From Eledone cirrhosa (Eukaryota), in NCBI GenBank assembly GCA_964016885.1, contig OZ024760.1, positions 5,828,001-5,892,000 on the forward strand: a stretch of DNA of 64,000 bases, given 5' to 3'. A program made the position numbers and the translations under genes. Of the stretch, positions 13,143-24,742 are shown in pieces; within the stretch, counting starts at the first letter, position 1; every line of letters begins with the position of its first letter. Under the pieces are notes generated by a model that saw nothing but the letters and a program-made list of their open reading frames with translations, ran no database searches and had not been told where the DNA came from.

Positions 13143-13527
13143 CAATCATGTTGCCAGAAGCTTGTTTAACAACCAAATATCAAGTGGACGACGTGAGACT
13201 GAACAATACAAACCAATAAAAAACCAATATAAATACAACATAAAACAATATAAAAATAACAATATAACGACAACAACAACAACAATATGTAAACATTCTG
13301 AAGACCAGAGAAAGAAATAATAGTTTTTAATGGGTTTTCCAACTGTGTTTGACAGATATTTTCTTAGTAAAAGTCACAAGTATTTCACATTCAAATTTAT
13401 CAATATAATTGAAATAGCAGAGCTAAGCTGAATACAAATTTACTGGCGCTAATAATGGCGCTATAATGGCCTTTATATAAATGATTAGCAGGCCCCGTGC
13501 CGTCAAAAATGGTGGCTAATTGTAATA

Positions 13528-14098
13528 TCTATACATAATATAAAAGAGTTGTTTGTTTGTTTGTTGGTTGGTTGGTTGGTTCCTTTCTGCTCACTCACAC
13601 AAGTGATACAAACACACAAGCACACCCCTTCCTTCCTCAGTTGACATAATCACCCTTTCTTTCCTCAGTCGACATAATCACCCCTTCCTTCCTCAATCTA
13701 TGTTATCACCCCTTCCTTCCTCAGTCGACGTTATCACCCCTTCCTTCCTCAGTCGACGTTATCACCCCTTCCTTCCTCAGTCGACGTTATCACCCCTTCC
13801 TTCCTCAGTCGACGTTATCACCCCTTCCTTCCTCAGTCTATGTTATCACCTCTTCCTTCCTCAGTCGACGTTATCACCCCTTCCTTCCTCAATCTATGTT
13901 ATCACCTCTTCCTTCCTCAGTCGACGTTATCACCCCTTCCTTCCTCAATCTATGTTATCACCTCTTCCTTCCTCAGTCGACGTTATCACCGCATCCTACC
14001 TCAGTCGATGTAATCACCGCATCCTACCTCAGTCGATGTAATCACCGCATCCTACCTCAGTCGATGTAATCACCCCTTCCTTCCTCAGTCATCTCTAG
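13528..14098 (+). mobile_element. Non-autonomous Helitron-like element carrying a 28-bp minisatellite
   Basis: A|TCTATACATAATATAAAAGAG(TTTG)n ... CTAG|T; internal (TCAGTCGACGTTATCACCCCTTCCTTCC)n. Confidence 0.65.
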
Positions 14099-14369
14099 TG
14101 TGTGACGGACAAATACACAAGGCTATTATATTAGTTGATTGTTGTGTCGATATGCTGAGAAAGGAATGGCTGTCTGGTTCATAAGCTGGCTTTGTAAAAC
14201 GTTGTTCTGTCTGGGTTTGATGACCATCTCAGCAGTGTAGCATGATGGATAAATGTGTTGTTTGTGGTATTGTTGACCTTGTTGCTTGACCAGTTGGCTT
14301 GGAAGAGGATCACTCAACAGGAGCTGGTTTAAACACATATGCAAGCGAATGGAGTGATTGCACTTGTCT

Positions 14370-14433
14370 GTGTGTATATATATATATATATATTTACATA
14401 TACATACATATATATATATATATATATATTTAC

Positions 14434-14474
<41 letters not shown>

Positions 14475-14499
14475 CATATATATACATATATATATATAC

Positions 14500-14542
<43 letters not shown>

Positions 14543-14577
14543 CATATATATACATATATATATATATATATATTTAC

Positions 14578-14611
<34 letters not shown>

Positions 14612-14653
14612 TTACATATATATACATATATATATATATACATATATATATAC

Positions 14654-14695
<42 letters not shown>

Positions 14696-14719
14696 ATATA
14701 TATACATATATATATATAC

Positions 14720-14753
<34 letters not shown>

Positions 14754-14806
14754 TTACATATATATACATATACATATATATACATATATATATATACATA
14801 TATATA

Positions 14807-14837
<31 letters not shown>

Positions 14838-14846
14838 ACATATATA

Positions 14847-14877
<31 letters not shown>

Positions 14878-15537
14878 ACATACATATATATATACATATA
14901 TATATACATATATATATACATATATATATACATATATATATACATACATATATATATACATATATATATACATATATATATACATATATATATACATACA
15001 TATATACATACATATATATATACATATATATATACATATATATATACATATATATATACATATATATATACATATATATATACATATATATATACATATA
15101 TATATACATATATATATACATACATATATACATATATATATACATACATATATACATATATATATACATACATATATACATACATATATATATACATATA
15201 TATATATACATATATATATACATATATATATACATATATATATACATATATATATACATATATATATATACATATATATATATACATATATATATATACA
15301 TATATATATATACATATATATATATATACATATACATATATATACATATACATATATATACATATATATATATATACATATATATATATACATATATATA
15401 TATACATATATATATATACATATATATATATATACATATATATATATACATATATATATATATACATATACATATATATACATATATATATATATACATA
15501 TATATATACATATATATATATATACATATATATATAC

Positions 15538-15586
<49 letters not shown>

Positions 15587-16068
15587 CATATACATATACA
15601 TATATACATATATATATATACATATATATATATACATATATATACATATATATATATACATATATATACATATATATACATATATATACATATATATACA
15701 TATATATACATATATATACATATATATACATATATATATATATACATATATATATATACATATATATATATACATATATATACATATATATACATATATA
15801 TATATATACATATATATATATACATATATATATATACATATATATATATACATATATATATATATACATATACATATATATATATACATATATATATATA
15901 TACATATATATATATACATATATATATACATATACATATATATATATACATATATATATATACATATATATATATACATATATATATATACATATATATA
16001 TATACATATATATATATACATATATATATATACATATATATATACATATATATATATACATATATATA
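14370..16068. repeat. 1.7-kb (TA)n/(TACA) microsatellite; similar tracts at 23280-23775 and 52075-52495
   Basis: Seen directly. Confidence 0.97.
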
Positions 16069-16619
16069 ATTAGATGAAGCAAGTCAAATAGAACGGATGG
16101 ACATAGCTTCGGCCATTTCCTCACTCACTCAATAGTGATCTAAGTCCGTATTCTTAAAATTCGAACCCAGCTGGCCAGAGCGCACACTTTCATTAAACAG
16201 CAAAGGAAACAATTTCATGTGAGTAAGATGATACAGTACCTGGACTGCTATAACAGTTTCCATGGTCCTAAACTGGTCATGCACCAAAAAGTACAGCCAC
16301 GTGCAGAATATTAGGTAATGATAGTACACATTACGTAATTAGGCGTATGCCGTTTCATCAGCAGAAAGTGCCTCTCTGTTAAGGAAAGACAAAAATGGTG
16401 CGCTATCTCTCTCAGTTGCTAGTAGTAAATGAAGGTAGCAGTAAGCTCCCTAGTGATGCGTGACATCACATTAAAGAGGAGGTAAGCCAGGTCTGACTAA
16501 ACAGTGAATCACATTGGCAAAAAAATTCCCATTGAAAAAAATATGATTATTGTCACAAGCATTCAACCAGTGTGCTTTCAAATAGAAAACAAATTCAGTG
16601 CAGCAAACGATAAGAGTTA

Positions 16620-17350
16620 AGCGAATACCCTCCATGAGGCATCTATCATACTCTGACAGCCTTGCTTCCCTGGGCATGGATACACTGAAGCTCCGACGTC
16701 TGGCAACTGACTTGGTAAACACCCACAAAATTATTAACCATCTTGCCAACAACAACCCTGAGTACCTTTTTGATTTCCATGTGTCTAACACCCGTAGGAA
16801 TGCCTACAAAGTCAGAAAACAACACAGCTCCCATGACTTTCGGAAACATTTTTTCACGCTCAGAGTTGCTGAAGCATGGAACAAACTACCTGCATCAGTT
16901 GTTAGCTGTTGGGACACTGCATCCTTTGAAACCTCCTCCTTGCTTCCTGAAATTTGCCAACACTACACCCGATATTCCCCCCACCCCCTCCATACACACG
17001 CACACATGTATCTGTATGCATATCATGACTCATACACCGTTCACTTTCCTGACATTTGTACATTATTCTATATACTATACGGCGGTGAATTGGCAGTATC
17101 GGTAGAGGGTCGGACATGCTTTCCAGCGTAGTTACGTCCCTTTACGATCTGAGTTCAAATCCCGCCGAGGTTAACTTTGCCTTTCATCCTTACGGGATCG
17201 ATAAAATAAAGTACCAGTAATGCACTGGGTAATTGCTGGCCTTGTGCCAAAGAGTAGAAACAATTATTCTATGTACTATACATGCACCTTTGATGAGTTG
17301 TAGTGCACCTGAGCACTGTACACAATAATTTCATTATTATTATTATTATA
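16620..17350 (+). mobile_element. CR1/L2-group LINE 3' fragment with a SINE inserted in its 3'UTR
   Basis: LSYSDSLASLGMDTLKLRRLATDL..RKHFFTLRVAEAWNKLPASVV; (ATT)n tail. Confidence 0.85.
17081..17267 (+). mobile_element. tRNA-derived SINE, major family, with apparent 19-bp target-site duplication
   Basis: A box TGGCAGTATCGG, B box GTTCAAATCC, central GCCTTTCATCCTTACGGGxTCGATAAAATAAAGTACCAG, tail AGTAGAAACAATTAT; flanked by ATTATTCTAT(A/G)TACTATAC. Confidence 0.85.
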
Positions 17351-17494
17351 AATCAAACTAGGTAAAAATAGAGAGAAGTTCAGCATAGTTTAAATGCAGT
17401 ATAGTTCACCAGGAGTTAAAATAATTAGGAGACAAAGGAAGTCGAATAGAACAGACATAGATTCGGCTGTTTCCTCACTCACTCATATAAATGA

Positions 17495-17534
<40 letters not shown>

Positions 17535-17651
17535 AGGCAAATTATGGTGCGCTTTCATCAGATAAAATACAGATTTGTTTTATAAATAAATATTGACATA
17601 CCCGGAAAAAAAGACATTATCATTATCATCATTATCATCATTATCATCATT

Positions 17652-17728
<77 letters not shown>

Positions 17729-17831
17729 TATCATCATCATCATTATCATCATCATCATTATCATCATTATCATCATTATCATCATTATCATCATTATCAT
17801 CATTATCATCATCATCATCATTATCATATAA

Positions 17832-18020
17832 GGCAGTGGATTGGCAGTATCGGTAGAGAGTCGGACGCCATGCTTTCCAGCATAGTTACGTCCTTTTACG
17901 GTCTGAGTTCAAATCCCGCCGAGGTTGACTTTGCCTTTCATCCTTACAGGGTCGATAAAATAAAGTACCAGTAATGCACTGGGTAATTGCTGGCCTTGTG
18001 CCAAAAGTAGAAACAATTAT
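17832..18020 (+). mobile_element. tRNA-derived SINE, same family
   Basis: Same A/B boxes, core and tail. Confidence 0.85.
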
Positions 18021-18121
18021 TATATTACACTCTGTCTAGCTGTACACCTCGCTACTGACGTGAACCTAAATATCGAGTGCTCACCTGGGTGAACCTACAG
18101 TAAATTCACAATACACTCCCT

Positions 18122-18169
<48 letters not shown>

Positions 18170-18515
18170 TCATCATTCATCATCATCATCATCATCATTT
18201 TACGTCCGCTTTTCCCTGCTTGCAAGGGTGGGACGGGAACTGATTCTGACTTGATTTCTACAGCTGGATGCCCTTCCTAACACCAACCTCATTTACAGTG
18301 AGTGCTGTGTGCTTTTTTGCCGTGGCACCTCCACGACCACTTTGCAGTGGAATGATAGGGACCCCAGTCCCTATCATTTCATTTCTACAGCTGAGTAAAC
18401 TGGAGCAATGTGAAATAAAGTGTCTTGCTCAAGGAAACAACACATCACCCGGTCTGAGAATTGAACTCACAACCTTTTGATTGCAAGGCCAATGCTCTAA
18501 CCACTTTATATATAT

Positions 18516-18755
18516 ATAAAATAAAGTTAAATAAAAAGTCAAATGTTTAAAATTTAGCTTCGTTTATTACTGCTATATATATTTCACTGAAATATATATA
18601 GCAGTAATAAACGAAGCTAAATTTTAAACATTTGACTTTTTATTTAACTTTATTTTACATTACTCCGGAGTTACCAAACCAACCTGCGCACTTCGTCGAG
18701 TGCTCCAGCCTGCATACTGAGGTGTTGGTATATAACCAACATATACTCAAAATCT
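18516..18755 (+). mobile_element. Perfect palindrome centred at a hammerhead GAAA, plus tail
   Basis: 18516-18657 palindrome centred on TTTCA-C-TGAAA, followed by TATATA-TA; tail TACTCC..GAGTGC. Confidence 0.65.
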
Positions 18756-18764
18756 CTCTCTCTA

Positions 18765-19277
18765 TATATATATATATATGAATATAGACATAGAATATTC
18801 GAAAATATTCTGTATGTTTATAATAAACATTTTGAAGACCTAATCGCTATAGAATAGAATACGTCACGTATTACAATTAGATTCTCGATAAAAGCAAGGG
18901 AAGTAATCTACGCGTTTCATTCTTGTTAGAAATCTTCAGGACTACATATCCAGTGCTTTTATCGAGAATGACACAGCTAGAGACTTATAGAATACTTAGC
19001 TGTGTACAGGAACTGGTTTGAAAGAGCGGTTGCCGGTCCGGCAGAAATTAGAAATTGGAATAAATGCTCTGAAATAGCGATATATATGTGAATATAGACA
19101 TAGAATATTCGAAAATATTCTGTATGTTTATAATAAACATTTTGAAGACCTAATCGCGTATTCTATTCTATAGCGATTAGGTCTTCAAAATGTTTATTAT
19201 AAACATACAGAATATTTTCGAATATTCTATGTCTATATTCACATATATATCGCTATTTCAGAGCATTTATTCCAATA
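18765..19277. mobile_element. Hammerhead-bearing 310-nt monomer with partial tandem and fold-back copy, in (TA)n
   Basis: Direct repeat at 18781 and 19091 (period 310); hairpin about 19056-19277; ribozyme at 18881-18969. Confidence 0.75.
18881..18969 (-). ncRNA. Type I hammerhead ribozyme with extended stem I
   Basis: Minus strand: TTCTCGATAAAAGCA..GTAGTC-CTGAAGA-tTTCT/aaca/AGAAt-GAAA-CGCG-TA-GATTAC..TGCTTTTATCGAGAA; palindrome ACGCGT, GUA site, 15-bp outer stem; U-U mismatch at base of stem II. Confidence 0.8.
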
Positions 19278-19315
19278 TATATATATATATATATATATGT
19301 AAAATTTAATAAAGA

Positions 19316-19494
19316 AATGGCTTCTACAGGACTAGAAATGTTTCATTCAAAAGAAATCATCAGGCTTTCCTGATGATTTCTTTTGAATGAAACATTCTAG
19401 TCCTGTAGAAGCCATTGCTATAATAAATATTATGCTTACACTCTACAAATGTATTGAGTACGTTACTTACTGTGGTTACCCCCGATTGAACTGG

Positions 19495-19500
<6 letters not shown>
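19316..19500 (+). mobile_element. Palindrome with hammerhead cores on both strands lacking the 5' stem I strand, plus tail; relatives at about 21125-21240, 46715-46820, 47520 and 49250-49320
   Basis: CTGATGA-TTTC/tttt/GAAT-GAAA-CAT-TC on each arm of 19316-19416. Confidence 0.65.
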
Positions 19501-19541
<41 letters not shown>

Positions 19542-19556
19542 TATAGATATATATAA

Positions 19557-19587
<31 letters not shown>

Positions 19588-21085
19588 ATATATACATATA
19601 TATAGATATATATAAATATATATATATATATATTATATATATATATATATACATATATATACATATATATATATTATATATATATATATATATACATATA
19701 TATACATATACATATATATACATGTGTATGTGTGTACTTATACACATACATACATACATACACACATATATATGTGTGTACATATACACACACACATATA
19801 TATCTATGTGTACATACACATACATATATGTGTGTACATACAGACACACACACATATATATAAGCAAGATATGGCCCCTCAACCCATCTGATTGAGAGCT
19901 GACCTTGTTTGTGATGATCTGTCTAACCTCTGTTAGTATGGAAAATGGTTGTTATTCGATGATGGTGGTGGTGGAGATGACATTAAATGATGATGATGAT
20001 GATGATGATTATGGAGGTGGTGGTGATGATAATGATGAAGTTGGTAGTGGTTATAATGATAATGATGACAGTGGTGATGGTGATGATGATGCTGGTGGTG
20101 ACGGTGGTGATGGTAGTGGTCATGATGATGGTGGTGGTGATTATGATTGTTGTGCCCATGATGATAATGATGATGATGATTATGATGTCTCCCCCATCAC
20201 GTCACCCCCACCACACCACCACACGACCACCACCACCACACCACCATCACTACCACCACATCACCACACCATACCACCACCACCATATCACCACACACCA
20301 CCATCACTACCACCACACACCACCATCACTACCACCACACCACCATCACTACCACCACCACCACCACACCCACACCACCGCCACACCACCACATCACCAC
20401 ACCATACCACCATATCATCACCACCACCACCACCATATCACCACCACCACCACCATCACTACCACCACACCACCACACCATACCACCACCACCACCACCA
20501 CCATCACTACCACCACCACCGCCACACCACACCATACCACCAACACCATATCACCACCACCACCACACCACCATCACTACCACCACAACCACCACGCCAC
20601 CGCCACACCACCATATCACCACCACCACCACCACCACCATCACTACCACCACCACACCACCACACCACCACACCACCACACCACCACCACAACCACCACC
20701 ACCACCACCATCACACCACCACACCACCACACCACCACCATATCACCACCACCACACCACCATCACCACCACCACTACCACCACACCACTCCATTCTTTC
20801 AATAGAAGAAGAATTATTCATTCTAATCAAATGTTTGATGATTCTGAGTTCAAAATGGCCTCAGCCGAGCTTTTTCATTCTCAATGTCGCCCTGGTTATT
20901 GTAGAATTTCTCTAGAAAACAGATATCGATTTTTTAAAACTGATAACAAATTCTGACTGGATATTATTCAATAACAATAACTTCTTTGATAATAATATTT
21001 TTAACATTGAATATTAATTAATAAATGTTTTGATAATGGTATTTATAGAATTACAGAATTGGAAGGAACTTTGTCCTGTAGTTAC

Positions 21086-21127
<42 letters not shown>

Positions 21128-21389
21128 GGCTTCTACAGGACTAGAACTGTTTCATCAGGGAGAAATCCTCATTTATACTCTGCTATGTATTGAGTACCTT
21201 ACTTACTGTAGTTACCCCTGATTGAACCCAGGATAAACTATATATATATATATATATATCAGAATGGAGGCAGTAAAAACCAGTTAGACTATTATCCACC
21301 AGAGTACTCAATACTTGGCATAGAAAAATGGGTAATATGAAAAATTCGGGACCCCGACGGCTGAGCTCCAGCTGTTGGAATCCTGAATT

Positions 21390-21450
<61 letters not shown>

Positions 21451-21726
21451 CAAATAACGAAACGAAATTAAATTTCGTTTCTTTTGTATGACTGACGCTT
21501 AAACAATTAAGTTAAAAATGTACATCTACATATGCATACTGAAATACTAGTGTGTATATGAATACACACACGTATACATATGTAGGTGTAACAAGTCTTT
21601 CACTGGTTGCTTTACTGTGAGCATCCCAGCTATTCTGTATGTAAACACACAGACAAACCGGTTTTTAGAGTCATACTGGTTTTCGGGGGAACACCTTCCC
21701 TCTATTCTCCAGAAAGCCAGACAAGG

Positions 21727-21771
21727 AATATTGAACTAGTTTCGTTGTTGTTACAACTCATCAGCAATATT
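21727..21771 (-). ncRNA. Minimal type I hammerhead ribozyme, inverted identical copy
   Basis: Reverse complement of 22280-22324. Confidence 0.88.
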
Positions 21772-22279
21772 TACCTATCTACCGGCCCTTCTGGAGAATT
21801 GTAAAAGCACATATCGTTATATGCTTTTTCTATGAAAATTAGTAGTGGGCAGACTAATTTGCATAGAGTGTGAGTACGCACCGGTTCAGCGGAGACGATA
21901 AAAACAAATAACGAAACGAAATTAAATTTGTCTGTGTGTTTACATACAGAATAGCTGGGATGCTCACAGTAAAGCAACGAGTGAAAGACTTGTTACACCT
22001 ACATATGTATACGTGTGTGTATTCATATACACACTAGTATTTCAGTATGCATATGTAGATGTACATTTTTAACTTAATTGTTTAAGCGTCAGTCATACAA
22101 AAGTGAGTTACAAACGAAACGAAATTTAATTTCGTTTCGTTATTTGTTTTTATCGTCTCCGCTGAACCGGTGCGTACTCACACTCTATGCAAATTAGTCT
22201 GCCCACTACTAATTTTCATAGAAAAAGCATATAACGATATGTGCTTTTACAATTCTCCAGAAGGGCCGGTAGATAGGTA

Positions 22280-22324
22280 AATATTGCTGATGAGTTGTAA
22301 CAACAACGAAACTAGTTCAATATT
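22280..22324 (+). ncRNA. Minimal type I hammerhead ribozyme, intact core
   Basis: AATATTG-CTGATGA-GTTGT/aaca/ACAAC-GAAA-CTAG-TT-CAATATT: perfect 7-bp stem I, 5-bp stem II with G10.1-C11.1, palindromic ACTAGT stem III, GUU site. Confidence 0.88.
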
Positions 22325-22544
22325 CCTTGTCTGGCTTTCTGGAGAATAGAGGGAAGGTGTTCCCCCGAAAACCAGTATGACTCTAAAAACCGGTTTGTCT
22401 GTGTGTTTACATACAGAATAGCTGGGATGCTCACAGTAAAGCAACCAGTGAAAGACTTGTTACACCTACATATGTATACGTGTGTGTATTCATATACACA
22501 CTAGTATTTCAGTATGCATATGTAGATGTACATTTTTTAACTTA

Positions 22545-22590
<46 letters not shown>

Positions 22591-22591
<1 letters not shown>

Positions 22592-22766
22592 GAGGTCAAT
22601 CCCCAAAGTAAGGTCTCCTTCCGATATTGGAACTTTTTCGTTAAAATCCTGTGGATGGAGCTTCGGGAAACCTCAGGAACCAAAATGCAGAGAGCATCCA
22701 GAGTGATCCGCCGATCTTTACACATGGTTTCCTCGGAAGGAGACCTTACTTTTGGGATTGCCCTCG
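22591..22766 (-). mobile_element. Internally deleted mariner element; a second mariner-like end follows to about 22971
   Basis: TA|CGAGG(T/G)CAATCCC(C/A)AAAGTAAGGTCTCCTTCCGA TIRs|TA; internal DRRITLDAL..VSRSSIHRILTKKFQYRK resembles the mariner transposase HTH. Confidence 0.8.
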
Positions 22767-23040
22767 TATATAATAACTGCACGAAACTCGCACTTGGCTG
22801 TGGTAGCGTTCAACGGGAGCTCCATTCTCAATGGCTGCCAAGCCAAGATTGCGCATCACAGCAAAGCGCGCGCATGCTTGTTGGGGAGTGAAGGAAGCAC
22901 CCATCACAACAGTGTTGCCAACAGCCGTACGAACAGTTTCTTTGCGTCCCCATCACTTTGGAATTACCCTCATATATATAATAGTAACTACAGGACAATG
23001 GGTGTATATCTATGTGTGTGTATATATGTGTGTGTATATA

Positions 23041-23071
<31 letters not shown>

Positions 23072-23085
23072 GTGTGTGTGTGTGT

Positions 23086-23137
<52 letters not shown>

Positions 23138-23299
23138 GTAAAGTTAATACAAAGCATTGTGAGATATGTAATAAAAGCTGATAAGTTTCAAAACACTGGC
23201 ACAATGCAGTAGAAATATATAAAGGGCAAACGATGACAAATAAAACAAAACTAACTAATGTTTTGTCCACCATATTTCAACATATACATGTATATACAC

Positions 23300-23342
<43 letters not shown>

Positions 23343-23779
23343 CATGCATACATACATGTATGTATATATATACATGCATACATATATATACATGTATACA
23401 TACACACATATATATACATGCATATATATACATGTATACATACACACATATATATACATGCATATATACATACATACATATATATACATGTATACATACA
23501 CACATATATATACATGCATATATACATACATACATATATATACATGCATATATATATACATACATATATATACATGCATACATATATATATATGTATGTA
23601 TATATATACATGCATACATATATATATACATGTATACATACACACATATATATACATGCATATATACATACATACATATATATTCATGTATACATACACA
23701 CATATATATACATGCATATATACATACATATATATACATGCATACATACATATATATATATGTATGTATATATATGGTG

Positions 23780-24378
23780 GCTGCCAACTCGTTTTCGAGT
23801 ACGGCCACTACTTTATATCCATGTAGGAGAACCCCTACCGATGCGCTGAACGTGTGTGACTTTTTAGTCCAGCCAGCGACTTGAAAACTCTGGTACAAAC
23901 GCTACACTTGTGACAATTATTGACACATAGTGCTGGGCCCTTGGTACCATGTGACGACAAGTGCAGAGAGATCTCCAGATATAAAGCAATGCCTGTGCCG
24001 TGAAGCTTTTATAGTGAGCAAAGGCACTGCACAAAGCCAGTCCCACTCTCTTAACCAAGATGATATTTACCAAAAAGAAGAACAAGTCAACATCATTGGA
24101 TACCATCAGAGTTGCAGGTGTTATATCAGAGTTTTCCTTCTCCTAGAATTCTGCCTTGACAAAGGCTAAGGGGTCATCTCTCCCGGTGATTTTGGATGGC
24201 CATTGACTCTTAAGAGCTCCTTTGACAGGTTTTGTTTTTAGTCCTGCAGGATGTCCAAAGTCACCCTCCTCACCAAGAAACCTTGGTGGGGTTGCCAGTT
24301 TAGTCGCCAACGACCCGACCATGAGGCAGGTTGTACTGGGATACATGTTACCAGTAGCACCAACTGGTGACCTGACAT
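23780..24378 (-). mobile_element. Dispersed non-coding repeat, possibly a LINE 5' region; homolog at 27796-28320 (+)
   Basis: Shared GTCAGGTCAC..GGTAACATGTA..GGGTCG(T/C)TGGCGACTAAAC..CCCCACCAAG..CTAGGAGAAGG blocks. Confidence 0.5.
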
Positions 24379-24742
24379 TGTATATATATACATATATACA
24401 TTGTATATATATACATGTATACATACAGACATATATATACATGCATATATACATACAGACATATATATACATGCATATATACATACATACATACATATAT
24501 ATACATGCATACATACACACGCATATATACATGCGTACACACATACACACACATACAGACACATACATACGTACATATATGTGTGTATGTGTGTGAAATT
24601 ATATCATATTTTTCTGAACAATGGCGCTGTTTTCCAATAGATAAAACATTACTTTATTGCACCATTGCATCTATTGTGGCGCAACTGTGAAGACATTATC
24701 TGTTTAACTTGGTTAGATGACCATATCTATCTATCTATCTAT

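Larger units (their letters stand above)
21446..22548. mobile_element. Hammerhead-bearing non-coding element: about 460-nt monomer in partial tandem plus inverted arrangement (Penelope pLTR/retrozyme-like), in (TA)n
   Basis: Plus-strand period 467 (21930/22397), minus-strand period 454 (21451/21905); one ribozyme per monomer; TA tracts on both sides. Confidence 0.8.

Noticed and set aside
14299-16124. 450-590 aa ORFs in all six frames
   Set aside because: Translations of (TA)n/(TACA)n microsatellite
17081-17170. tRNA gene
   Set aside because: A/B boxes belong to SINE heads; no cloverleaf and always followed by the SINE body
24285-24345. HDV-like ribozyme resemblance on minus (ACC-TGCCTCAT-GGT..CTAA)
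   Set aside because: No room for the P1 3' strand, and the homologous copy at about 27830-27875 does not conserve it
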